Source: a virus | Lineage: Duplodnaviria > Caudoviricetes | Strand: one strand, 5' to 3' | DNA length: 60,141 nt | IMG/VR virus record: IMGVR_UViG_3300017767_000010 | Coordinates: 1-60,141 of that record | Shown here: positions 39,901-48,982 of the stretch, piece after piece | Layout of the letters: each line of letters starts with the position of its first letter | How positions within the stretch are numbered: the stretch's first letter is position 1 | Program-made: the position numbers and the translations under genes | Notes under the pieces: generated by a model | What the model was told of the DNA's origin: nothing | Database searches by the model: none | What the model saw: only the letters and a program-made list of their open reading frames with translations

Positions 39901-42900
39901 ACAATATTTATCGTTTGATGTTGATACTAAAAACCCTGAGCTTGAAGGAAAATTTAAACCTGCAAGAGGCAGCTTATATTATGGTACTGTAGATCCTTTA
40001 TATAAAAGTCATTTAAAGTTAGCTAAAGAAAATTATACTAAAGATCAAATTTCTAAAAAAGGAAAATTAAATTTATTTGGTAAATTAAATAATGTAATAT
40101 CAAATAATATTATAAACTATCCTATATTAAAAAAATTGGTAAATAACTATGCCCCAAATGTAAAAGCAAATCAAGATATTGTTATACAAATGGTTAAAGA
40201 TATGGCTGACGCTACACAACAAGGCGCAAACCCATGGGTAATGTCATTAGGAATAAAAACAGCATATAAAGGTACTGATGGGCTATTAAAAACATCATAT
40301 GAATTTAAAGGTTACGAAAAAGGTATATTAGAATTTGGGGAAGGTAAGTTTGCTGAAGATTATAAAGGTAATTCTAAACGTAGAACAAGAGAAGAACACT
40401 CTCCTCCTGTTAGTTCATTTGCTGCTAAACTTTTGCAAGCTACATCTATGCTGGAATCTAAAAATATAGATTCTCTTTTAGGTCGAATGTATAAGGATGC
40501 AGGGCAATATTTAATTTCATTTAAACATGACCAGGATCTAGATACAGCTAAATTAGGAGCTAGTATTGTAGAGGGTGATGTTATTGGAAAAAATTCTGGA
40601 TTACATAGACTTTTACAAGTTATTCCTGCAAATAAATTAGTTTTAATTAAAGATAATATTACTGTAGAAGCATTAAATGATAAAATTAAAGATGCAATTC
40701 TAACGGAAAAGCCTATAGAAAGAATATTACAAGGCGTAACACAGCAATTTCAACAAGATAACAAAGAAGATATTCCTTTATCAAATAATGAAGCAGTAGA
40801 AGCTCTCACTGACATACTTAGTTTAGCTTATCCTGATAAAATTATAATGACCAACAAGGAGGATGTTATTAAATATTTAGCAGCTAATTTTCCTAATAGA
40901 TTTCCTAGTGAAAAAGCAGCAAGGGAAGCAATTGAAAAAACAAAAGGATTTAGAGATCCTGATGTTATATATATTAGTAGTGAAAAAGCTACATTGGATA
41001 CTGTTATGCATGAATTTACTCATGAATGGGCTGATTTAGTTAATAGTAAAGACCCTGAATTATTTAATGCAATATATGAAAAAATAAAAACTCATCCTAG
41101 ATATGAAGAGGCTGTTGCAAGAATGAAAGAACCAGGTCCTGGTAAATATAATGAGATGGGACCTGACTCGTTTAATTATAAAAATGAGGTAATAGCTTTT
41201 ATATTAGGAGAAGAAGGTGCATCCCTTTATCAATTATTTAAAAATGACACAGAAGCTATATCTTTAATAGATAAATTTTTTAATTATGTTAGAGAATTTT
41301 TAGGTTTTGATCCTACTATTAAAAACTTTTCAGATTTAACAATTGAAGAAGTTATCAAATTAACTGTTAAAGATATTGTAGAAGGTAATCCTGCTGCAAA
41401 TTTTGATAGATTAAAAAATAAATCTGAAGGAAAAAGTTGGTTTGCTAAAACAGAAGCAAATCAAAGTCAGATGATTAAAGATAAAAAGAATCCTATATTA
41501 AGAGCTTTTAATAAAATTAAGTTATCTTATAGAGACAATAAAGATTTGTCAAAAGCCATTGTTGATGCTTATTCCGAGGTTGAAAGTATAATGGAATTTG
41601 GAGATTTTGTTAAATTAATAATAAAAAATACTAAAGAAACTGAAATTGGTAAATCTAAAACTCTTATTATAGCAAAACAAGACGTATTAAAAGCAGATAA
41701 AATAGCTGAAGAAAGTGTAAAAAAATTAGAAGAAGATAAAATTAAAGAAGAAAATAAATCAGATCTTCAAAATAAATTTAGAAGAATGATTTATAAAGCT
41801 GCTGGTGAAGGTGCAAAAACATCTAGATGGTTTATACCACCAAACGCTGAAGACTTTAAAGGTTTGCTATACACATTTTTACCAAAAGGCAAAGATGGTA
41901 TTGAAGCTCGTAAATTTTTAGAAGAAACTTTATTAAAACCTTATTCTGATGGAATTGCTGCGCTTGATACTGAAATATTAAACAAAAGTAAAGCTTGGGA
42001 AAAAATGTCTAAGGGTTATAAATTTAATGAAAAAGTTGAAGGTACACCATATACATTAGGTGATGCTATAAAAATTTATAATGCTATCCAGCGTGGTGAT
42101 AATGTTACTATTGCAAAACAAAAGCATATGGACGCTTTAATTCATACTGTTGAAAGTGATCAAAACCTTTTAGATTTAGCCGAGGCTATTGAAGAAAGTT
42201 TCCCTATAGATATAAAAGATGGATGGCAAAATAAAACTTTAGCTAAAGAAATATTTGATGCTATAAATAGTGGAGCAAGAGATAGAGCTTTAACAACCTT
42301 TTCTGAAAATGTAGATTCAATATTTAATGATACCACTATGGATCTTATTGGTGATCAGTTTGGAAACAACTTTAAACAAGCGTTAAAAAACACTCTTAGA
42401 AGGATGAAATCTGGTCGTAATAGGGTAAGTACAGACGCACAGTCCAATGTGTGGCTAAACTGGATTAATAGAGCCGTGGGGACGACTATGTTCTTTAACA
42501 GTAGATCAGCTTTGCTACAAACCATATCATCACTAAATTTTATAGGATTAAAAGATAATAATATATTTAAAGCAGCTGCTGCGTATGCAAATACAAAGCA
42601 GTTTAATGAAGATTATAAAAAATTATGGAATAGTGATTATTTAAGAAACAGAAGAGATGGTGCTAAGTTTGATGTATTAGCAGATGAAATTGCAGAAGGA
42701 GATCCAAAGGGATTAAATAAATTATTAAAGAATGGATTTTTACCAACTAGATATGCAGATAGTTTTGCTATTGCTTTAGGAGGTGCTGCGTTTTATAGAA
42801 ATAGAGTTAATTCTTTAGTTAAAAATGGGATGGAGGTAAAACAAGCAGAAGAACAAGCAATGAATGATTGGCGAAGAGAAGCTGAAAATTCACAACAATC

Positions 42901-44017
42901 TGCGGATCCTTCTAAAATATCTGAAATACAAGCATCGTCACTTGGTAGAATTGTATATGCTTTTGCTAATACACCTTTTCAGTATGCTAGAATTGTTAAA
43001 AGAAGATTACAAGATATAACATCTGGTAGATCAGCGGCTGAGGGTAGAGTACAAAGTGATCTTGGCACTATATTATATTATGGTGCTGTACAAGCTGTAA
43101 TGTTTAATGCATTACAATCAGGATTAGCTGCACTTGCTTTTGGTGATGATGAAGATGAAGAAATTAAAGAATTAAAAAGTAAAAAATATTTAATGTCTAT
43201 AGAAAGAGGTTTAACTTCTTTTGCTAAATCTTTAGGTAACCCGGGTGCTGTTTCTGCTACACTTTATTCTTTATTAAAAGAAGGTTATTTGCAACAGACC
43301 GGTAAAAAAAGACCCGATGCAAATGTGTTTGCAATAACAGCTACAAGTATATCTCCACCTATAAACTCTAAGCTTAGGGATTTATCATCGGCTTATAGAG
43401 CATTTAATAAAATAGAAGAAGATGATTTAGTAACACCATCTTTGGATAGTGAAGCATTAACTATGTCTGGAGAGGTTGCATCTTTTGCAGGTGTTCCTTT
43501 AGATAGGGTTATTCGTAAAGCTAGACATTTAGCTGCTATTAAAAACGAAGAGCTTGAAACTTGGCAAAAAATATGGTTAGTTTTAGGATGGAATGAATGG
43601 GACTTAGGTGTTGATACAAAAGCAAGTAAAGATTTATTTAATTTTGATGTTAACTTTGATGATATTAACTTTGATGATGTTGACTTTGATACTATAGATT
43701 CTTCGTTTAAAAAATTAAAACCTGGTGTTGCGGGTGTTGCAAATAACGATGGTACTATTGAGTTAGCATCTGACTTGTCACCTGAAGAAAAAAAGAAAAC
43801 TATTCAACACGAGAAGCAACATTTGCTTGATATGAAAAATAAAAAATACAAGTTAAACTATGATGATAACTTTGTTTATTATAAAGATAAAAAATATAAA
43901 AGAGTAAATGGTAATATAGTATATAACGGGAAATCCTATATAGAGGGTCACCCAGATTTGCCTTGGGAAAAGAGGGCGTACAAAGCAGAGAAAACTAGAA
44001 AGTTTTTATATGCATAA
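36917..44017 (+). CDS. giant polyvalent ejection-type protein with two HExxH zincin-like motifs
   Basis: 2366 aa; Gly/Ala hydrophobic N-region, coiled coil, VMHEFTH, C-terminal IQHEKQH domain. Confidence 0.75.
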   Translation: MEELNSIIDNMLANGESQETMNMVIAEWERRNPGKLSLNTNDKPYTHPDEERGFFQALIFDPLEKGLAQGGSTDEAFDVFYGNNLAGDFSPETIQAFREADKVAQESGMTEEGIAYEKAVDQRIKKGENPIAAYFRELTSNKMGAAQYMLQSMVAAGKAGTEAPMVVAGTTAVGAGIGSAGGPIGTAFGGVRGLMSGSMLALESASRMTELAREYFEENGLDWNNDADWQKLKNDPEAIREIQLKGTGAGVTIAGAEYFGGKLGGKAVSKAVGLVGNKIGKAAVKTVGSIGSEALVGGLGEAGALSVMGRDITTTESLKEIGMESVIGTIGAPITAAEATFEQIKNKNQYIVNGDKTTKAKVNNIIENSKDKDFVGVKANTDDSAINEKIQKRRKKIIKENKEALKGKVKPEVVKDVENRLDKEISKLQIELQKVKETDGPIAAKAFELKLEELKEKKKQLNEQLNFQIDQLSEEETLNLMNINDKVSLYQSILNDPSSSDLAKQSAQEQIALAKVEQLNQVNNPDSIDMAKEDGPVKQKNIDLSEKTQKAYEKNGVNAWAEVSEYQAGIINTIANSMWSKIPKEKRIGTIDDFISGLKSDKEGIRGLLKTYDSTTGVPLAAYIQNPRSGIRVRANRIVKNYVKQEIEANVDSEQFKNYYATEDAINLDRRYLHDKLGLNPILADLESTTEIAYQKARNVLETIGNVTQKKQRKALTDAFNKILKGKYDKKIKEFTGKNTKTQKKFTEFLKNNLPALKLAVVSNINTQKSNDKILSTWSKIPPSDQDFLDYYEGKDIMPTQPASTKGDRKIALVNAIIKQLGIDARASFREQFAEDLPQFQQINPTKDFNSNSFIETLYKVSIALAEPSEIIGKEATEVQDAEVEKNINKLIRNTVVKNLQENFGNENTKELDPNNENDLLEIYEEWVKNITNGFVSPAVLQKMGQFGAKVVYKGANGKFYPNKKAAKLGNDKAKPKKYYEMKDAVEGSEESNGKQYLSFDVDTKNPELEGKFKPARGSLYYGTVDPLYKSHLKLAKENYTKDQISKKGKLNLFGKLNNVISNNIINYPILKKLVNNYAPNVKANQDIVIQMVKDMADATQQGANPWVMSLGIKTAYKGTDGLLKTSYEFKGYEKGILEFGEGKFAEDYKGNSKRRTREEHSPPVSSFAAKLLQATSMLESKNIDSLLGRMYKDAGQYLISFKHDQDLDTAKLGASIVEGDVIGKNSGLHRLLQVIPANKLVLIKDNITVEALNDKIKDAILTEKPIERILQGVTQQFQQDNKEDIPLSNNEAVEALTDILSLAYPDKIIMTNKEDVIKYLAANFPNRFPSEKAAREAIEKTKGFRDPDVIYISSEKATLDTVMHEFTHEWADLVNSKDPELFNAIYEKIKTHPRYEEAVARMKEPGPGKYNEMGPDSFNYKNEVIAFILGEEGASLYQLFKNDTEAISLIDKFFNYVREFLGFDPTIKNFSDLTIEEVIKLTVKDIVEGNPAANFDRLKNKSEGKSWFAKTEANQSQMIKDKKNPILRAFNKIKLSYRDNKDLSKAIVDAYSEVESIMEFGDFVKLIIKNTKETEIGKSKTLIIAKQDVLKADKIAEESVKKLEEDKIKEENKSDLQNKFRRMIYKAAGEGAKTSRWFIPPNAEDFKGLLYTFLPKGKDGIEARKFLEETLLKPYSDGIAALDTEILNKSKAWEKMSKGYKFNEKVEGTPYTLGDAIKIYNAIQRGDNVTIAKQKHMDALIHTVESDQNLLDLAEAIEESFPIDIKDGWQNKTLAKEIFDAINSGARDRALTTFSENVDSIFNDTTMDLIGDQFGNNFKQALKNTLRRMKSGRNRVSTDAQSNVWLNWINRAVGTTMFFNSRSALLQTISSLNFIGLKDNNIFKAAAAYANTKQFNEDYKKLWNSDYLRNRRDGAKFDVLADEIAEGDPKGLNKLLKNGFLPTRYADSFAIALGGAAFYRNRVNSLVKNGMEVKQAEEQAMNDWRREAENSQQSADPSKISEIQASSLGRIVYAFANTPFQYARIVKRRLQDITSGRSAAEGRVQSDLGTILYYGAVQAVMFNALQSGLAALAFGDDEDEEIKELKSKKYLMSIERGLTSFAKSLGNPGAVSATLYSLLKEGYLQQTGKKRPDANVFAITATSISPPINSKLRDLSSAYRAFNKIEEDDLVTPSLDSEALTMSGEVASFAGVPLDRVIRKARHLAAIKNEELETWQKIWLVLGWNEWDLGVDTKASKDLFNFDVNFDDINFDDVDFDTIDSSFKKLKPGVAGVANNDGTIELASDLSPEEKKKTIQHEKQHLLDMKNKKYKLNYDDNFVYYKDKKYKRVNGNIVYNGKSYIEGHPDLPWEKRAYKAEKTRKFLYA

Positions 44018-44060
44018 AAAAAAGGGATGTTACAATTAAGTAGCATCCCTTTATTATTTT
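44016..44060. terminator. bidirectional terminator between the convergent arms
   Basis: AAAGGGATGTTAC-AATTAA-GTAGCATCCCTTT flanked by A and T tracts. Confidence 0.85.
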
Positions 44061-44250
44061 AGAAGAACAATAGTCCAACTATTATACCAAAGACCGGACC
44101 AAGTATAGCCCAAACTTTATATAGTTTTATAATGTTATTCTCTTTAGAAGAATAAATATTATCTTCTGTATTTAAATTTAAAGACTCTAGTTTATTTTCT
44201 AAGTCTTTTATTTTTGCTTTTGCATCAGCAAAGGTAAATCTTTTCGCCAT
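44059..44250 (-). CDS. small coiled-coil protein with C-terminal TM helix
   Basis: 63 aa; WAILGPVFGIIVGLLFF tail. Confidence 0.7.
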   Translation of the reverse strand: MAKRFTFADAKAKIKDLENKLESLNLNTEDNIYSSKENNIIKLYKVWAILGPVFGIIVGLLFF

Positions 44251-44264
44251 ATTATTATTTTATA

Positions 44265-46007
44265 TTAACCATCGCAGCTTAAACAATTAGGATCCATAGC
44301 TGCTGCTGCTATATCTCCTCTCAATACAGACTCTGTCCTCATATAATATAAGGTCTTTATTCCATGTTTCCATGCGTCCATATGTACCGTATTAATCCAT
44401 CTAGGTGTAGCCTCAGAAGGAAAAGCTAAATTAAGTGATACTGATTGATCAATATAATCTTGTCTTATACCTGCTTGTCTAACTAATTCTAGTTGGTTTA
44501 TTTCTTTAAATGTTTTAAATACGTTTTTGACTGGCTCTCCGTCTTCTTTATTAAGTCTTCCTCTTTCGTCATAATACCATCCGTTGAGTGCATCGAGTGT
44601 TTGAATGGATCCACCATCGGCAAGTATCTTATCCCATGTATCTTTGTTATCAATCCCAAGTTTTTTAAGTATTTTTTTAAGTTCGTTATTTTTTCTAATA
44701 AATGTTCCTTTAGCAGATTGCTCTGTAAATATATTAGCAGCCCATGGTTCAATACCGGCTGAAACATTTCCTGATAGTTTTGAATTACTAACAGTTGGTG
44801 CAATAGATCTTAAGTGTGTATTTCTAAATCCTGTACCAACACACCATAAGGGTTCACCATATATTTCAGCAAGTTCTCTTGAAGCTCTTTCAGTTTCTAT
44901 TTTTATTTTTGAAAATATTTCTCGCGTTTTGAATTGTGCTAATAAACTTTCGAAAGCTATTCCTCTTTTTTGTAGCAGGCTGTGCCATCCAAGGACACCA
45001 AGTCCAAGTGCCCTGCCTTTTTCCGCACTGCGTACAGAGTTCTCGAATCCCTTCATATTCTTTGCTCTCTGAATAAATTCTTCTAGCACACCGTCCAGGA
45101 ACCATGTCGCGTCGTAAATTAAATTTGTATTCTTCCATTCATCGTATTTATCTAAATTAAGTGAAGATAAACAACAAACAAAACTATGTGATTCATCCGT
45201 ATGCAGTACAATCTCACTACATATATTAGTCATATGTACTTTTAAACTGTTTTTCTTATATGCTGCTGGATTAGCTTTGTTTGTATTTCCTTTAAACAAG
45301 ATATATGGTTCTCCAGTTGCTTTACGTTTTTGGATAAGTTTGGACCATCTAATTCTTGCTTCTTCGTCTCCAAGCTCAAGCTTTCGCATAAACTTATCGC
45401 CAACGACAGCACACTGCTGCAGGTTAAGAGATTGTCTATTGACATCTCCTTTAGGTTCTCTAATTTCCAACCATTCGAGGAAATCATCGTGTTCAATATT
45501 GATATTAACGCTTGCAGCTCCTCTTCTAACGGAACCTTGGTTGGTCGCCAATATAGTTGAGTCGTATATTTTGCAAAAAGGGACAACGCCATCTGAAGTT
45601 CCATTACCTGTAATTTTAGCACCAGCGGGACGAATCATATTAACTCCGATACCTACACCCCCGCCGTGTTTTGCAAGCAACATCATTTCTAAATTTTTAT
45701 TACCTATGTCTTGTATACTATCTGAAACATCAATTCCAAAACAACTTATAGGTAAACCTCTATCTGAACCTGTGTTAGACAATACAGGTGATGCTAAACA
45801 CAACCACCCTTTCCATATATAATCAAAAAACTTATCAGCTAGTTCTGGCTTATATAAACGCTTTGCTACTGTTTTAGCAACACGCATATATGCATCACGT
45901 GGTGATTCACCATTAATTAAATATCCACCTGATATTGTTTTCTTATATATATCTGTATCACCCCACACAGGGTAATCTTTATTTTTTTTCCAATTACTAT
46001 TCCACAT
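44265..46007 (-). CDS. nrdA: ribonucleotide reductase class I alpha subunit (short form)
   Basis: PISCF, TNICSEI, CCLSS, APTVSNS, KTLYY, C-terminal CLSCDG. Confidence 0.95.
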   Translation of the reverse strand: MWNSNWKKNKDYPVWGDTDIYKKTISGGYLINGESPRDAYMRVAKTVAKRLYKPELADKFFDYIWKGWLCLASPVLSNTGSDRGLPISCFGIDVSDSIQDIGNKNLEMMLLAKHGGGVGIGVNMIRPAGAKITGNGTSDGVVPFCKIYDSTILATNQGSVRRGAASVNINIEHDDFLEWLEIREPKGDVNRQSLNLQQCAVVGDKFMRKLELGDEEARIRWSKLIQKRKATGEPYILFKGNTNKANPAAYKKNSLKVHMTNICSEIVLHTDESHSFVCCLSSLNLDKYDEWKNTNLIYDATWFLDGVLEEFIQRAKNMKGFENSVRSAEKGRALGLGVLGWHSLLQKRGIAFESLLAQFKTREIFSKIKIETERASRELAEIYGEPLWCVGTGFRNTHLRSIAPTVSNSKLSGNVSAGIEPWAANIFTEQSAKGTFIRKNNELKKILKKLGIDNKDTWDKILADGGSIQTLDALNGWYYDERGRLNKEDGEPVKNVFKTFKEINQLELVRQAGIRQDYIDQSVSLNLAFPSEATPRWINTVHMDAWKHGIKTLYYMRTESVLRGDIAAAAMDPNCLSCDG

Positions 46008-46356
46008 TTAAATAATATATTAAATATCCTATTGACACGTTTAAATTTACTAATACTAAGTTCCATTGTTTTGCAACCCACACTTGTGGTATAGATAGCA
46101 TACCCCCTATAATATAGGTTGTAATACCTATATTACCTTGTGCTAATAAATAGGGTGACATCATAATAAACGCTGTGCCCATATATCCTAATCTATTTGC
46201 AATTCTTTCTTTTGCTGTAAGTCTTCTATCTTGAACCAATAATCTCACGAAAGAACGCTTCCATCTAAACTCACAGCTTATACATGTTTTCTTGCCTAGA
46301 TGTTTAAACTTATGGTCTTTTTTCTTTTTCTTACAGACATTACAAACTCTCACCAA
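45997..46356 (-). CDS. CxxC-CxxC zinc-finger membrane protein
   Basis: CNVC...CISC then about three hydrophobic helices. Confidence 0.7.
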   Translation of the reverse strand: MVRVCNVCKKKKKDHKFKHLGKKTCISCEFRWKRSFVRLLVQDRRLTAKERIANRLGYMGTAFIMMSPYLLAQGNIGITTYIIGGMLSIPQVWVAKQWNLVLVNLNVSIGYLIYYLNVE

Positions 46357-46595
46357 TTACATCTATTAGTACGTCTATATATTATAGTTGTACTATTATT
46401 TGGATAAGTATATAATAAATTATAATCATAATTATATATAGGATTTGTAGATATAATATATAATTGGTCTTGCATAGTGTTCATATAATGAATATTATTA
46501 TTATAATCTTGGTTATAATTATAAAATAATTGATCGTTAAGTTGTGCATTGCTATAAAATCCTATAGCTAAAAATAATATTAAAATTTTTTTCAT
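46350..46595 (-). CDS. secreted Asn/Tyr-rich small protein
   Basis: MKKILILFLAIGFYSNA|Q signal peptide. Confidence 0.65.
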   Translation of the reverse strand: MKKILILFLAIGFYSNAQLNDQLFYNYNQDYNNNIHYMNTMQDQLYIISTNPIYNYDYNLLYTYPNNSTTIIYRRTNRCNW

Positions 46596-46620
46596 AATTA
46601 ATTATTGTTTAAAAGTTTAT

Positions 46621-47589
46621 TTACCAAATATCTTCAAAGTCTTCCCCTTCATTAGCTTTCGAATAATCAGTCGGCCTAATAGAAAAGAAATCAGTATGAG
46701 TGTGCCCGCCGGTAAGATGGTAGAACCAGTCCAAACTGCTCGCTCCAACTTCGTCATATTCAAAGTACTTCCCGCTGTTTGAGTAACCGAGTTCAACAAT
46801 TTTTTCGTTAAGACGTTTCCTGATAAATTGTTTAAGGTCATATGCTTTGAGGTTTTCAATATCCCCTTGTTCAAACATTTTGTCAATATATCTTTCTTCT
46901 GCTTTAAGCATTGTTTTTGCTGCTTTAATAACGTGTTCATAACAGTCATCTTGTAATCCTTTAATTTCTTTACACATATGTCTAAATAACTGACATCCCA
47001 TTTTAGAATGCAGCGATTCATCTCTTACACTCCATTTCATTTGTTGACCAATTCCTTTTAGCAAATTACGCAACTGAAAACTATATAACACAGCGAAAGC
47101 GGAATAAAGACTAACACCCTCTGCAAATGCAGAAAACACAGCAAGAGACTTACCTATACCAACTGGATTTTTACCTGTATAACTTACAAGATTTTCAAAT
47201 CTTTCAGCAGTTGCTGGCTCGTGTAAAAATGCTTCAAAGTTTTCAAGCCCTAGCGTTTCATTTAAATAAGAATAAGCAACAGCATGAATTGTTTCTTGTG
47301 AACCAAACATCATTGCCATTTGTTGTATTTCATGTTTAGGAAACCAACCTACAACCTTCTGTGTCCAATAATCTGATACCGCACATTCTGTTTGTGCAAA
47401 TCCTAAAAGTATGTTGCCAACTAAATTTTTTTCTGATTTAGTTAATTTTTCATTCCAGTCTTTAACATCGCTTGACATTGGTATTTCAGTATGTAACCAA
47501 AAAGCTTGTGCTTGTTTTAGCCAACCTTCTGTATAATATTCAGGATATTCAAAAGGTTTATAAGGTATTCTTTCGTCAAATAATCCCAT
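46621..47589 (-). CDS. nrdB: ribonucleotide reductase beta subunit
   Basis: FW...E, ETIH..AY, EGV.LYS.F, RDESLH diiron motifs, TDFF. Confidence 0.95.
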   Translation of the reverse strand: MGLFDERIPYKPFEYPEYYTEGWLKQAQAFWLHTEIPMSSDVKDWNEKLTKSEKNLVGNILLGFAQTECAVSDYWTQKVVGWFPKHEIQQMAMMFGSQETIHAVAYSYLNETLGLENFEAFLHEPATAERFENLVSYTGKNPVGIGKSLAVFSAFAEGVSLYSAFAVLYSFQLRNLLKGIGQQMKWSVRDESLHSKMGCQLFRHMCKEIKGLQDDCYEHVIKAAKTMLKAEERYIDKMFEQGDIENLKAYDLKQFIRKRLNEKIVELGYSNSGKYFEYDEVGASSLDWFYHLTGGHTHTDFFSIRPTDYSKANEGEDFEDIW

Positions 47590-47795
47590 TACTTTTTTTC
47601 TTCTTTTTCAGGTTCTTTTGTATTTTCTTTCTTAAGTTCTTCAAGAGCTTCAGCATAACCAGGTAATTTTTTTGTAAGCATCATTGTACCTACAGATAAA
47701 TCTTTTAAGTTATGTAACTCTTGTACTATCCTATTCATAGAGTTGCCTAGCACTTCTATTTTATTACGCATTTCTATTAGCTTAGCTTCCTTCAT
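47589..47795 (-). CDS. hypothetical protein
   Basis: 68 aa, coupled to nrdB. Confidence 0.7.
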   Translation of the reverse strand: MKEAKLIEMRNKIEVLGNSMNRIVQELHNLKDLSVGTMMLTKKLPGYAEALEELKKENTKEPEKEEKK

Positions 47796-48003
47796 TTTTT
47801 AAAAAATAATTTGTTAAAGTATTTATTCTATCATCTGCATCAACTAACATTTGTAATGCTTGCTCTGCGTTTTTATAATAATCATCAGTTGAATGATCAC
47901 CTATACCTGCAGCTTTATTGCTTAACAAATCTAAACTAAGCATTGCTTTTGCTTTATCTGCTTCAGCAGATTTTAATAACATTTCATATAATTGTTTGTA
48001 CAT
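47782..48003 (-). CDS. conserved hypothetical protein
   Basis: 73 aa; GIGDHS motif. Confidence 0.75.
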   Translation of the reverse strand: MYKQLYEMLLKSAEADKAKAMLSLDLLSNKAAGIGDHSTDDYYKNAEQALQMLVDADDRINTLTNYFLKNEGS

Positions 48004-48199
48004 CTTTACTAAGTATTATAGGGCTTGCGTCCTTATTGTTTTTAACTTCAATATGTGTTTCTTTAATAGTAATAATTGGATCAATAGTTTCAATTACTCT
48101 TCTAGTTATATTACCGTGTTGATCTCTTATTACTTTCTTTTTAGAAAAAGTTTTTTTGTATTTTTTTAAAACGTATTCTTTTAGCTTTTCTTTATTCAT
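47984..48199 (-). CDS. hypothetical protein
   Basis: 71 aa overlapping neighbours. Confidence 0.65.
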   Translation of the reverse strand: MNKEKLKEYVLKKYKKTFSKKKVIRDQHGNITRRVIETIDPIITIKETHIEVKNNKDASPIILSKDVQTII

Positions 48200-48335
48200 A
48201 ATGTATTGTTAAACATATTTCTACAAAAGGTACATATAATACATGTTCTATAAATGTTTCCTCAGGATAACTTCGTATACCTACTAAGACGCCTGGATAT
48301 AATCCTAAACTAATTTCCCAACCTGCTATTTTCAT
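48192..48335 (-). CDS. small hypothetical protein (47 aa)
   Basis: Hand translation MKIAGWEISLGLYPGVLVGIRSYPEETFIEHVLYVPFVEICLTIHYE. Confidence 0.65.
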   Translation of the reverse strand: MKIAGWEISLGLYPGVLVGIRSYPEETFIEHVLYVPFVEICLTIHYE

Positions 48336-48519
48336 TAAAATAATAATTTAACATTTTCATATGAAACTTTATTCTTTCGATATAATGATGTCGAAGTGAA
48401 GGTATTTCTGTGTCTTTAAATTCCGTGTTGTTCATGTATCTTTAATATATCTTTATACTTTATAGGATTTCTTTTTATTAATTTTTTAATTTCCTTATCT
48501 ATCTTTCTTCGTCTATACA

Positions 48520-48981
48520 TTATCTCTGCCTCTTTCTTCTTCTTGATTCTTTGATCAAATTTATCGTCAGATCTACTTCTTTCTGATTTTGAGGCTTGTA
48601 AAGTATCTTTCCAATATTGTTTTTCGTGAGCCATAATTTAAAAAGTTTCCATCTTAATGGGAAAGATTCATTTGGTCTGCCTTTGCATTCTATAATATAA
48701 TCTTTACCAATAAAATCTGGTGTATATTTTATACCTAATATTTTTTTAATTCCTCTATTTATATATTCGCCTTTACCATTAGCTTGTTTTTCATAACTTG
48801 TATTAGGAAATTCAAATGTATTTATTAATTGAAAAGTTTCATTTTCATATCCTTCAAACAATTTATTTTTTTTTAAAGCTATATAAGTGTATCTTTCAAG
48901 ACCCGAAGCAAAATTAATACCATCATATGATATTTTTTTAGCCTGTACAGGGCCTCGCTTTTTACTTTTACGTCTTCTCAT
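48520..48981 (-). CDS. T7 endonuclease I-like Holliday junction resolvase
   Basis: FASGLE...YE...YTPDF...IECKG PD-(D/E)xK pattern. Confidence 0.8.
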   Translation of the reverse strand: MRRRKSKKRGPVQAKKISYDGINFASGLERYTYIALKKNKLFEGYENETFQLINTFEFPNTSYEKQANGKGEYINRGIKKILGIKYTPDFIGKDYIIECKGRPNESFPLRWKLFKLWLTKNNIGKILYKPQNQKEVDLTINLIKESRRRKRQR

Positions 48982-48982
48982 G

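Noticed and set aside
19-44017. Minus-strand ORFs under the structural arm (e.g. 1185-1637, 6369-6764, 16671-17036, 19417-19680)
   Set aside because: Antisense shadows of well-supported genes, with composition mirroring the sense codon bias.
44265-47589. Introns or inteins in nrdA/nrdB (also terL and primase)
   Set aside because: Genes are continuous and of normal or short length, with no intein or homing endonuclease motifs.
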